Positions 52,567 through 64,000 of a stretch of DNA of 64,000 bases are shown here, in pieces (the first letter of the stretch is position 1; each line of letters begins with the position of its first letter). The DNA comes from Felis catus (Eukaryota), in assembly GCF_018350175.1 (NCBI RefSeq), contig NC_058368.1, positions 119,538,001 through 119,602,000 on the forward strand. The letters are read 5' to 3'. The translations under genes and the position numbers were made by a program. Below the pieces are notes generated by a model. It ran no database searches and was not told the DNA's origin. It saw only the letters and a list, made by a program, of their open reading frames with translations.

Positions 52567-55270
52567 CAAAACCAGCAGAAGACAGGAAATAATAAATATT
52601 AGAGCAGAAATTAATGCTATCGAAACCAAAGACCAAAAAACAAACAAACAAACAAAAACCAGTGGAACAGATCAATGAAACCAGCAGCTGGTTCTTTGAA
52701 AGAATTAACAAAATTGATAAACCACTAGCCAGTTTGATCAAAAAGAAAAAGGAAAGGACCCAAATAAGTAAAATAAAGAATGAAAGAGGAGACATCACAA
52801 CCAACACAGCAGAAATAAAAACAATAATAAGAAAATATTATGAGCAATTATATGCCAATAAAGTGGGCAATCTGGAAGAAATGGATAAATTCCTAGAAAC
52901 ATATACACTACCAAAAATGAAACAAGAAGAAATAGAAAATTGGAACAGACCCATAACCAGCAAGGAAAGCTAATCAGTAGTCAAAATCTCCCAAAAAACA
53001 AGAGTCCAGGGCCAGATGGCTTTCCAGGGGAATTCTACCAAACATTTAAGGAAGAGTTAACACCTATCCTCTTGAAGCTGTTCCAAAAAAATAGAAATGG
53101 AAGGAAAACTTCCAAACTCTTTCTATAAAGCCAGAATTACCTTGATTCCACAACCAGACAGAGACCCCACTAAAAAGGAGAACTATAGACCAACTTCCCT
53201 GATGAACATGGATGCAAAAAATCCTCAACAAGACATTAGCCAACCAGATCCAACAATACATTAAAAAAATTATTCACCATGATCAAGTGGGATTTATACC
53301 TGGGATGCAGGGCTGGTTCAATATCCGCAAAACAATTAGTGTGATTCATCACATCAACAAAAGAAAGCACAAGAATCATATGATCCTCTCAATAGATGCA
53401 GAGAAAGCATTTGACAAGATACAGCATCCTTTCTTGATAAAAACCCTCAAGAAAGTAGGGATAGAAGGATCATACCTCGAGATGATAAAAGCCATATATG
53501 AGCGACCCAATGCTAATATCATCCTCAATGGGGAAAAACTGAGAGCTTTCCCCCTAAGGTCAGGAACAAGACAGGGATGTCCACTCTCGCCACTGTTATT
53601 CAACATAGTATTGGAAGTCTTAGTCTCTGCAATCAGACAACACAAAGAAATAAAAGGCATCCAAATCGGCCAGGAGGAGGTCAAACTTTCACTCTCCACA
53701 GATACATGATACTCTTTATGGAAAACCCTAAAGATTCCACCAAAAAACTGCTAGAACTGAATCATGAATTCAGCAATGTTGCAGGATATAAAATCAATAC
53801 ACAGAAATCGGTTGCATTCCTATACAGCAACAATGAAGCAGCAGAAAGAGAAATCAAGGAATCGATCCAATTTACAGTTGCACCAAAACCCAAAAAATAC
53901 CTAGGAATAAATCTAACCAAAGATGAGAAAAATCTATACACTGAAAACTATAGAAAGCTTAAGAAAGAAATTGAAGAAGAACATCAAAAAGTGGAAAAAG
54001 ATTCCATGCTCCTGGATAGGAAGAACAAATTTTGGTAAAATGTTGATACTACCCAAAGCAATTTACATATTCAATGCAATCCCTATCAAAATAATACCAG
54101 CATTCTTCACAGAGCTAGAACAAATAATCCTAAAACTTGCATGGAACCAGAAAAGACCCCGAATAGCCAAAGCAATCTTGAAAAAAAAAAAAAAAAACCA
54201 AAGCAGGAAGCATCACAATCCCGGACTTCAAGCTGTACTACAAAGCTGTAATCATCAAGGCAGTATGGTACTGGCACAAGAACAGACAATCAGATCGATG
54301 GAATAGAATAGAGAACCCAGAAACGGACCCACAAAGATACAGCCAGCTAATCTTTGATATGCAGGAAAGAATATCCAATGGAATAAAGACAGTCTCTTCA
54401 GCAAGTGGTGCTGGGAAAACTGGACAGCGACATGCAGAAGAATGAACCTGGACCACTTTCTTACACCATGCAGAAAAATAAACTCAAAATGGATTAAAGA
54501 CCTCAATGTAAGACAGGAAGCCCTCAAAATCATAGAGGAGAAAGCAGGCAAAAACCTCTTTGATCTTGCCCGCAGCAACTTTTTACTCACCACGTCTCTG
54601 GAGGCAAGGGAAACAAAAGCAAAAATGAATGACTGGGCCCTCATCAAAATAAAAAGCTTCTGCACAGTGAAGGAAACAATCAGCAAAACTAAAAGGCAAC
54701 TGACAGAATGGGAGAAGATATTTACAAACGACATATCAGATAAAGGGTTAGTATCCAAAATCTATAAAGAACTTATCAAATTCAACACCCTAAAAACCAA
54801 TAATCCAGTGAAGAAATGGGCAAAAGACATGAATAGAGGCTTCTCCAAAGAAGACATCCAGAAGGCCAACTGACACATGAAAAAATGCTCAACATCACTC
54901 ATCATCAGGGAAATACAAATCAAAACCACAATGAGATACCACCTCACACCTGTTAGAATGGCTAAAATGAGTAACTCAGGCAACAACAGATGTTGGCGAG
55001 GATGCGGAGAAAGAGGATCTCTTTTGTACTGCTGGTGGGAATGCAAACTGGTGCAGCCACTCTGGAAAACAGTATGGAGCTCCTCAAAAAGTTAAATAGA
55101 ACTACCCTACAACCCAGCAATTGCACTACTAGGCATTTATCCAAGGGATACAGGTGTGCTGTTTCGAAGGGACACATGCACCCCCATGTTTATAACAGCA
55201 CTATCAATAATAGCCAAAGTATGGAAAGAGCCCAAATATCCATCAATGGATGAATGGGTAAAGAAGATGT

Positions 55271-55309
<39 letters not shown>

Positions 55310-55457
55310 ACACACATATACAATGGAATATTACTTGGCGATCAAAAAGAATGAAATCTTGCCATTTGCAGCTACGTGGATGGAACTGGAGGGTATTATG
55401 CTAAGTGAAATTAGTCAGTCAGAGAAAGACAAAAATCACATGACTTCACTCATATGA
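51567..55457 (+). pseudogene. L1 ORF2p remnant (endonuclease and reverse transcriptase)
   Basis: [50 protein letters not shown]; many frameshifts; FADD destroyed at about 53692-53709. Confidence 0.96.
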
Positions 55458-55739
55458 GGACTTTAAGAGACAAAACAGATGAACCTAAGGAAAGGGAAAC
55501 AAAAATAATATAAAAACAGGGAGGGGGACAAAACAGAAGAGAGTCATAAATATGGAGAACAAACTGAGGGTTACTGGAGGGGTGGTGGGAAGGGGATGGG
55601 CTAAATGGGTAAGGGGCACTAAGGAATCTATTCCTGAAATCATTGTTGCACTATATGCTACCTAATTTGGATGGAAATTAAAAAATAAAATTAAAAAAAG
55701 AAAAAAGAAAAAATACAGTAAAAGTAACCACCATCTAGA

Positions 55740-56757
55740 CTTTCATGAATATCTCTTTGTAATTTACCACCTAAGTACACCTTCCTGAACACCAGTTTTT
55801 CTCCCTCACCTGCTTTTGTTGAATCACTTGTAAATGCAATCATAGAGTGGATGTTTATAGTTTCTGATTTCTTTTGCTGTACATTATGTTTACAAGATTC
55901 ATTTGCATTGTTGTGTCTAATTAGTACTCATGTCTTTTCATTGTTGTGTAATATTCCACTGTGTGAACAAACCACAATTTACTTTTCCATTCTACTGCTG
56001 AGTAACAGTGGAGTATTTCCAGGTTTTGGTAATTACAAACAATGCTATGAACATTCCTGTCCACACCTCCTGGTATATCTGTGCACACATTAATGACGAG
56101 TATATTTAGGATTGCCAGATAAAATACAGGGCATCTAGTTAAATTAAAATTTCAGATAAACAATAATTGTTTATTATAAATATGTCCCAAAGATTGTACG
56201 GCGCATACCTATACTACAGATTTATCCTTTATCTGAAATACTAATTTAACTTGCATTCTATATTTTTATACTGCTAAATCTGGCAACGCTAAGAATAAAC
56301 CCTTTAAGGGGAAATTGCTACTTTATAGAATCAATGTAACTTCAGCTTCACTAGATAATGCTAAACAGTTTTACTAAGAGGCTGAACTAAACCACAGCTA
56401 TCAGTGTATGAGGGTTTTGTCACCATAAACTATATGTCCACATATATGTGGGTCTTTTTGTAGATTCTCTTCTATCAGACTATTGGTATTATGGTGCCAA
56501 AGCCACACTGTTATCATTACAAAACACTAAGTCTTGATTTCTGGTAAGGCAAGTTCTCCCACCCATCTTCTTTAAAAGTATCTTAGCTACTGTTGGTCTC
56601 TTGAATTTCCATACACATTTCAAAGTCAGCTTGCCAAGTTTTATCAGAAAGTTGCTAGTATTTTGATTTGATATCACATTGACTCTACAGAACAATTTGG
56701 GGAGAATTTACATCTTTATAATATTTAGTCATCTAATTCATGAATATTGTATATAAC
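55740..56757 (-). mobile_element. Old L1ME-like element, continuation
   Basis: Reverse L1 3'UTR and ORF2 text; ORF 56489-56695 reads LTLKCVWKFKRPTVAKILLKK. Confidence 0.8.
56107..56291. mobile_element. MER53 palindromic hAT MITE inside the old L1
   Basis: taggattgccagataaaatacaggg...tgctaaatctggcaacgcta. Confidence 0.9.
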
Positions 56758-56775
56758 TCTGGTCCTCTATTTTTT

Positions 56776-57777
56776 ATAAAAAGGAACTTTTATTTCTCTA
56801 AATTTCTTTCTAGAGGGTAATTTTTTTTTAAATTTTAGTTCCAGTATAATTAACATACAGTGTCATGTTAGATTCAGGTGTACAATGCAGTGATTCAACA
56901 TTCCATATATCACCCAGTGCTCATCACAAGTGCACACTCCTTAATCTCCACCCCCTATTTCACCCATCCCCCATCAACCTCCCCTCTGGTAACCACCAGT
57001 TTGTTCTCTGTAGCTAAAAGTCTAGTTTTTTGGTCTTTTTGTAATTTGATTTGTTTGCTTTTTAATTTACACATGAGTACAATCATTTGGCATTTGTCTT
57101 TCTCTGACTGACATATTTCACTTAGCATTATACCCTCTAGCTCCATCCATGTGGATGCAAATGGCAAGATTCCATTATTTTTCAAGGCCAAGTAATATTC
57201 CCTTATATATAGGTACTATGTCTTCTTTATTCATTCATCTACAGATGGACATGTGGGCTGCTTCCATAATTTGGGTATTGTAAATAATGCTGCAATAAAC
57301 ACAGAGGTGCATATATCTTTCCAAATTAGTGTTTTCATTTTCTTTGGGTAAATACCTAGTACTGGAATTACCAGCATAATATAGCAACTCTATTTTTAAT
57401 TTTTTAAGGAATCTCCATACTGTTTTCCACAGTGGCTGCACCAGTTTGCATTTGCACCAATAGTGCACAAGGGTTCTTTTTTTTCTCCATATCTTTATCA
57501 ATACCTGTTATTCCTCATGGTTTTTTAATTTTAGCCATTCTGACAGGTGTGAGGTGACAACTCATTTTGGTTTTGATTTGCATTTCCCTGATAATGAGTG
57601 ATGTTGCAAATCCTTTTATGTGTCTGCTGGCCCATCTGCATGTCTTCTTTGGAGAAATGTCTGTTCATGTCTTTTGCCCATTTTTAAATTGGATTATTCA
57701 GGTTTTTCTGGCTTGAGTTGTACCCATTGTATAGTGGTATCTATCATATTTTAGATATTAAGCCCTTACTGGATATG
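56776..57777 (-). mobile_element. 5'-truncated L1 (about 1 kb) with extra 3' sequence
   Basis: ILPFASTWMELEGIMLSEI and [19 protein letters not shown]; 18-bp TSD tctggtcctctatttttt. Confidence 0.95.
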
Positions 57778-58692
57778 TCTGGTCCTCTATTTTTTAAATC
57801 AATTTACCCTTTAACATATGTATCATAGTTATTTTAAAGTTCCAGTTTGATAATGCCAACACTGTATCTATTTCTGAGTCTAATTCTATTGTCTTTTTTC
57901 CCTTTTAACCATGAATTGCATTTTATTGCTCTATACATGTCCTAAATATTTGTTTTAAAAGACAGTGGAAACAGAAGTAATATTAATTCCTAGAAAAGGC
58001 CACATCATTTCTAAGAGGCTCCCTGTATGAGGGGAATGAGGAATCCAGTCTGTAGTTTTATTGACTCTAGCTTTATTGCCACTGTAATTAGATTCAGCTC
58101 ACCAGTGATTCAAATGTTCTAGGAGACTGAGTGAGATCTGCCATTCGGCAAGGCCTAGAATCTAGTCCTTAGCAGATGCTGGAGATTTCTTTATGCTTTA
58201 GAGCTGAGCCACCCATTTTCTGAGCTAGGGAAGATCTTACTTTGCGCTATAACCAGGTTGCCAGCTTTGGGGGTCACGGGGGAGTACTCTACCCTTTAAA
58301 TACAATTTCAGCTTTTGGCACACCTCAGAACCATTCTCTTTACCTCCCTCCTGCTCCCAGTTGTGGAGAAAATCTGGGATGGACTCAGTGAGGATCTGAT
58401 GTATTTCAACCATTTTCTTAGCTCTCTGTTTTTCTCTGACAGCTGAGAAAGCAACTTTAGTGCCCTTGATAAGAGTAACTTTTTTAGCTTTTATCATTGA
58501 TTTGATTTTCTCTGCTGTAGAGAAATACAATTAATTGTGTGTACTGAACTTTATCCAGTTGTATTGCTAAATTTACTCATTAATTCTACTCATTTTTCTA
58601 TAGATTCCTCTGAGAGCCAAATACAAGGAAGCTCTCAAAGACGTCAGTAACCAAACCTCTGCATGCCCCTTTGGTGAAGAGTGTAGTTTCTT

Positions 58693-58910
58693 TAAAAAAA
58701 TGTTTTTAATGTTTATTTATTTTTGAGAGACAGTGAGAGACAGAGCATGAGTGGGGGAGGGCCAGAGAGAGAGGGAGACACAGAATTGGAAGCAGGCTCC
58801 AGGCTCTGAGCTGTCAGCACAGAGCCCTATGCGGGCTCGAACCCCGAACCGTGAGATCATGACCTGAGCCGAAGTCAGAGGCTTAACCGATTGAGCCAGC
58901 CAGGCACCCC
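58693..58910 (-). mobile_element. CAN-SINE (SINEC_Fc-like)
   Basis: Canonical reverse body; imperfect TSD agag..tgta.tttctt. Confidence 0.96.
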
Positions 58911-58914
58911 AGAG

Positions 58915-59150
58915 CATGTAATTTCTTGAGCCAGATTCCTGGGTTTAAATTCAATCTCTGCCACTCATTAGCTGTATGCTGTTGGACGAGGTTTGTTTGG
59001 GGTTTTTTCTTTCATTATTTTTTGTCTCAATTTTCCTGCCCTATAAAATAAGGATAATAACAGCACTGACCTCATAGGTTTGTTGTAGACATTAGATGAG
59101 TGAATACACGCACGGTACTGAAAACAGTGCCTGGTACGCAGTGAGTGCTC
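58915..59150 (+). mobile_element. MIR SINE
   Basis: cctgggtttaaattcaatctctgccact...ctataaaataaggataataacagcac. Confidence 0.85.
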
Positions 59151-60100
59151 TCCAGGTGTCAGCTCTCTCTGCCTTGGTCTCCTTTCAAACCATTGTCATA
59201 GGCCTCCCTCCACAAGGCTCCCTGTGCTCCAGGCTCAGCCAAGCGTTTCCCCATGGCTGGGAACACACTTCTACCTTTTGTTACCTGGCCAACGCCTTAC
59301 TCCTCAACTTTCAAATCATATAGTGCTGCCCTGAAACACAGAACCCACAGCACTGCCACCACTCCAGTAGAACAGATTCTCGCTCTGCTGCCACCAAAGA
59401 GCAAGCAGCAGAAAAATACCGCCCTCTGTGTCACACACACAAAGGACAGAATTCTTTCTTTATCTCAAAGAGCATTTCAGTGTGTTTCGACATGTGTACT
59501 CAATTAAGTTATTAGACTCTATTATACTGTATCTTTGGTTAATTCTAAATACTGTAAGAGAAGGATTATTTTTTCCATAGAAAAAGGGTTTTAAATTTTT
59601 TATAAAAATTGTATGTGCTGTCCTAAAATGCAGCTGGAGTTTGTTTGCATAATATCAGGTTTCTCAAAGTATAGTGTAATAATTAGATACTGCTGTCATG
59701 ATGAGAGTTTGGAGCTCTGCCGGCATGTTTTTGCAGTGTTGTTGCCATCTCAAACTTCACCCTCTCTTTTGGAAACTCTGCGTATTTTCCTTTGGTACCA
59801 GCATAAAAAAAAAAAAAAAACTATGGAAAAATATAATCTTCGTCCAGACTCAAAGAGATATCCAGTGAGATATGCTGAAACAGTACAGATATGCATCTGT
59901 TTGGGAGTTTTGAGGTGTTTTGCTTGGAGCAAGGAGATGGTTGATACCTTCCTCTTCTTATGTTTTACTTAAGACATTATGCAGCAATACCCTGAGACCC
60001 ATTTACCCTCCATGTCACCACCAATTTATTTAGTGATGCTGAGAAAATTCTTCAATTTTCTGAGCCTTAAAGTAGTACCTTTCAGAGATGATCTTATAGA

Positions 60101-60335
60101 TGGGAGGTCAGCAAAGTTTTGCCTTTTTCTTTCACTGTAAATGGCCAGATAGTACATCTTGTTGGCTTTACAGGCCATATGATCTCGGCTGCAGTTAATC
60201 AACTTTGCTGTTTTAGTGTAAAAGCCACTAGAGCTATTCATCAGTGAATGACCATGTTTATGTTCCAATAAAACTTCTTTTTCAAAAACAGGTGGCAGTC
60301 TGGATTTGGTCTGTGGCTGTAGTCTCTGACCCCTG
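60101..60335. mobile_element. hAT-Charlie MITE, MER58A-like
   Basis: ggtcagcaaa...tgtaaatggccagatagta...tgttccaataaaactt...ctgacccctg. Confidence 0.88.
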
Positions 60336-60369
60336 CTGTAGATAATCACCTAATAAACAAGAATATAAT

Positions 60370-60560
60370 TTATTCATTTGTTTGTTTATTCACTTATTCA
60401 TTCAAGGAATATTTATTTAGGATTACTCTGTGTGTCAGGCACCACTCAAGGCAATGGAGACACAGCGACAAACCAGAGAGGTCTCTGAAACTTACTGTCT
60501 TGACAAAAGACTAACAGTAAGTAAGTAAACAAATAATTTTGGATAATCATAGGTGCTTTG
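60370..60560 (-). mobile_element. L2 3' end fragment
   Basis: ttattcattcaaggaatatttatt...tgtgtcaggcac...ggagacacagc. Confidence 0.7.
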
Positions 60561-60937
60561 CATATTCTAAGGCTGATGTGTGCTGGGAAATGTCTTGGGA
60601 CTGTAGGATAGTGCACATGGTATTTGAGATATGAGTCTCAGGAGGTGACAGCACGTGTCTATGTGCTGGTGCCTTAGGTAACATCATCGTTAACTCTCAT
60701 TACAACACAACAAGTGGCATTATGATACTTTTTTATAGAACAGGATAAAAACTTCAGAGGCTCAGAGAATAAAGATAATGTGCACGCAATTCATAACTAA
60801 TGACAGAATGAGGATTTAAACCTAGGTGCACTTGTCCCCAAGAGCCAAGGACTTCCAGTTTCTCCCACGAACTTTGCTAAGAGTCCTATGCAATGCTCCT
60901 TCTAGCTTTCAATGAATTATAAGAAATCAGGACTGGA

Positions 60938-61153
60938 GGGGCGCCTGGGTGGCTCAGTTGGTTAAGCATCCAACTTCGGCTCAGGTCATGATCTCACAGT
61001 TTGTGGGTTCTAGCCCCGTGTCGGGCTCTGTGCTGACAGCTTGGAGCCTGGAGCCTGTTTCAGATTCTGTGTCTCCCTCTCTCTCTGCCCCTCCCCTGTT
61101 CACGCTCTGTCTCTGTCTCAAGAATAAATAAACATTAAAAAATTAAAAAAAAA
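60938..61153 (+). mobile_element. CAN-SINE (SINEC_Fc-like)
   Basis: Perfect 17-bp TSD aagaaatcaggactgga. Confidence 0.97.
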
Positions 61154-61303
61154 AAGAAATCAGGACTGGAAAATAACTGAGAGACAACTTTATTCATTCA
61201 TCCTTTCATTTACACATCATTCATTTCTCTACTGTTTACTGAGTACCTACTGTGTACCAGACACAACTGAGGATACGATGGTGAGACAAACAAGGTCTCC
61301 GAC

Positions 61304-61504
61304 CAGAGGGATGCTGGTGAAAACTGAAAAATGGTTCCGTGGAGGTGGAGAGAGACCTGACTTGTACGATTTGACAATTTCTATGATGTTAAAACATCGC
61401 CCAGGGTTGATTTCCAGCTGCCAACTTGTGAACTGGCTTGCAAAATTTCAAAAACCTGACAGCTGGTTTTTGTGAGCCCCTGAACCCAGCTGTGCACACC
61501 AGTG
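61304..61504. mobile_element. hAT-Blackjack MITE, MER63-like, within an L2 fragment
   Basis: gaactggcttgcaaaatttc...gcacaccagtg terminus. Confidence 0.65.
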
Positions 61505-63639
61505 TGCTATACATCCTCAGGACTTACAACCTAGTGGAGACACAGACAAGTAAACGAACCATTTCAACACAGGGTAGGAAGTACTACTGTCATAGGGGGT
61601 GGAGGTAGGATCCTTTTGGTGCTGGGTTAATCCAAAGAATGGGTACTCAACCCAGACATGAAAATAGAGAGAAAAAAAGTAATGGCTGTGACATACTTGA
61701 CACCAAGGATGTAGCTCTTTGGAAACATTTGTATTTTTATAGATAGAAATCTTCACTTCTTGTAGAAATACCTTCATCTTGTGGGCATACTCCAAATGAC
61801 CCTTTGACCAAAGTGTTTAGATTGTTATTCTGGTTCTCTACTTTACGTGGTAAAAGGGAGCCCAATGTAACTCAAGGTTTGGAGTTCGAGTCTCCTTTCT
61901 GCTGCTAACTGCTCCTATGACCACAGCCAAGCGACTTGGTTCTCCGTGTATTGGTGTCTAAACGTCATAAGGAATGTCAGGTGTCAGCACGTCACTATCA
62001 AACCCCTCCAGTTACAAGAGTCTTCTTCAGATGAAGCCTCTTTTCTGTTCCCCTCCGTGAGGACTTTCAGACGAGGGGCACAAATGACTAAATGGAATTC
62101 TGTTCTGGTGTATCATTGGCCACTCCCATTTTTTAATCCCCAGAACTACTGAGAGAAGGCCCAATCTTGAACAAAAACTATTACTGGGCTCCAAAAGTAA
62201 AAATACCTGTAGAATCCATGGTATTTCAAAACCGAGATAGGCCAGGAACACTGATGCCATGAGGATGGCCTTGTGAAAATGTCACCAGCTCTAAAACAGC
62301 TAGCAAACTAAGACAATTCCTGGGACTTGCAGATCTTGAGAATCTTTTCAGTCACATCTGCAGGCATCTGCTGAATTCTAACACTCACCCTCTCTGCAAA
62401 GAGACAGCGACTGGGACCTGTTCACACATCAGCTGGAAACCCTGTTTGGGAAACAGCTGTGGCAAGAACACTGATGGCCGACATGTGTGTGGCCATCCTC
62501 ACACCCCAGAGTTGTAACCGCTTTTCTCGTGTTGCTGACAGGCCGGATCCTTGAGCATTTTCAGGTTGCATCCCTGGGTTCCCTGCTTCCCACGGTCTGC
62601 AGCTGGTTTCACTGAGACTCTTTCCACAGTTAGCTCAGCTCAGTTTGCCTCTTGTACGTCATCTGCGTGGGCAGACAGCTCGGGATGGCTCCAGCACAAA
62701 ACACAGCAACTCCAAGCCTTGCCTCACTTCATTTTTAAGTGAGGCTCACATCTCCACGACTGGAGATGTGATTAATAAGGGGACCACAGCTGCAACCTGA
62801 AAATCTATTTTTATGACTGTTCCAAACATATGCATTGGGTTCATTTGGAATCCGTTCCTATGACTTTAGTTCAAAAGCAGTACCTAGTGGTTTTCAGAAC
62901 ATATGGACAGTGAGCTGGGATGAAGGCCTTATCTGTATCCCCGAAGCATAAATTAGGATCTAGAGACTCAGATTCTCCACTCACACTATCTCCCTTGATG
63001 TGGTTAACCATTTAATGACCAAATTCATACCTCACTGTGTTCTTTGTGAACAAAATCTCACCCCACATCAAAAAGCTACTAGTACCTGAATCTGTATGAA
63101 CCACATTACAATATTCCACAATACAATACAATTGTAATGTACAACAATACATGGCAATCTGTATGGAAGCATTACAATATCCCCATTATAATATCAGTAA
63201 TTGTATAGTCAAGTGGATTGACTGATAGGCAAAAAAGAGGTCACAAATTTTGTCAGAGAGACCACAGGGGATGCTGGAGACCGTGGACAAGTAGAAATCT
63301 CTGGCGTCAGGAGGCAGCTTTTCTTTTGTTCAGCAGATTGCTGTCATGTGGCAGTGTAAGCCAGGCCTACGAGGGCTGCTAACATTCCAAAGGAAACCTG
63401 CGATCTAGAGTTTGGTGTAAATCACCTCCATTTCCAATGGATCACAATAAATTTACTTTTTGTTTAAACCCATGGGCCAAACATCTTTGAGTTTGAAGAT
63501 GGCATACAGACCACAATTTTGTAACCTCTGGAATTGATGCAACAACTCTCTACAAAAACTTCTAATTTTTAGAGATGTTGCCACAGCTTAAGAAGGTTCT
63601 CAAACTTAATCTCCTACCAGTGCCATACACCCTTCTTTT

Positions 63640-63835
63640 TAAAATATATTTAACTTAGTTATGATACAAGTTCAGGAATGTGCATATATCCCAAGTGCTT
63701 AAGTGCACAGGTTCACAAACTGAATATATACATACAACAGGCACTCCGTTCTGGAAATAGAACATTATACGCACTCTAGAAACCCCCCTTATAGTCACTA
63801 CTCACGCCCACAAGATTAACCACCATTGTACACAC
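63640..63835 (-). mobile_element. Old L1ME-like 3' end
   Basis: cacaaactgaa...gaaatagaacattat...ctctagaaacccccc...taaccaccatt. Confidence 0.7.
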
Positions 63836-64000
63836 TTTTCTGTTACCTTTTTTTCTGAGTAAAGTCAAATTAAGGAGTCACACGAATGCTATCTGTGCAT
63901 GAATCAGTACCAATAATGCAAACTGGGGGTTGCCAAAAGGCAAAGTATATATATCACTGTCATGCTGGGAGCTTTGATCTTATATTTCAGGCAATTTATC

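Larger units (their letters stand above)
48573..55719 (+). mobile_element. Full-length carnivore L1 retrotransposon, inactivated
   Basis: 5'UTR, ORF1 and ORF2 remnants, G-rich 3'UTR, AATAAA and A tail; TSD aaaagtaaccaccat(t/c)taga at 48553-48572 and 55720-55739 at a TT/AAAA site. Confidence 0.98.

Noticed and set aside
52466..55177. Long antisense ORFs within the L1 (for example 54255-54758)
   Set aside because: These are common by-products of the A-rich L1 sense strand, with no evidence of independent coding.
8401..61153. tRNA genes suggested by A/B-box-like heads (ggtggctcag, ggttcgagccc)
   Set aside because: Each continues into a CAN-SINE body with an A tail, mostly with a TSD, so these are SINEs, not tRNAs.
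1..64000. Host protein-coding genes among the supplied ORFs
   Set aside because: All are short. The only recognisable ones are L1 ORF1/ORF2 fragments; the rest lie in SINEs, LTRs or microsatellites or have no recognisable homology or consistent exon chain.

Overview
Repeat-rich mammalian genomic DNA, very probably from a felid: about 20 tRNA-derived CAN-SINEs, two of them of the young, CpG-rich SINEC_Fc type. No host protein-coding gene, RNA gene or CRISPR array can be supported. The supplied ORFs are either decayed L1 ORF1/ORF2 pieces or chance ORFs in SINEs, microsatellites and unique DNA. The main feature is a full-length (about 7.15 kb) but dead L1 at 48573-55719 with a 20-bp TSD. It is accompanied by older L1, L2 and MIR fragments, ERV1/ERVL/MaLR solo LTRs (MER31-, MER74- and MLT1-like) and DNA transposon fossils (Tigger2a-, MER53-, MER58-, MER63- and MER20B-like). 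Family names come from recalled consensus sequences and need RepeatMasker/Dfam confirmation. I found no convincing new biological system. The most notable signals are retrotransposition oddities visible in the sequence (a TSD-flanked 3'-truncated L1 ending near an internal AATAAA, an L1 with a short 3' transduction, an L1 fold-back, an L2 splitting an old L1 RT domain) and candidate regulatory elements (a dense E-box cluster, CTCF motifs carried by TEs).
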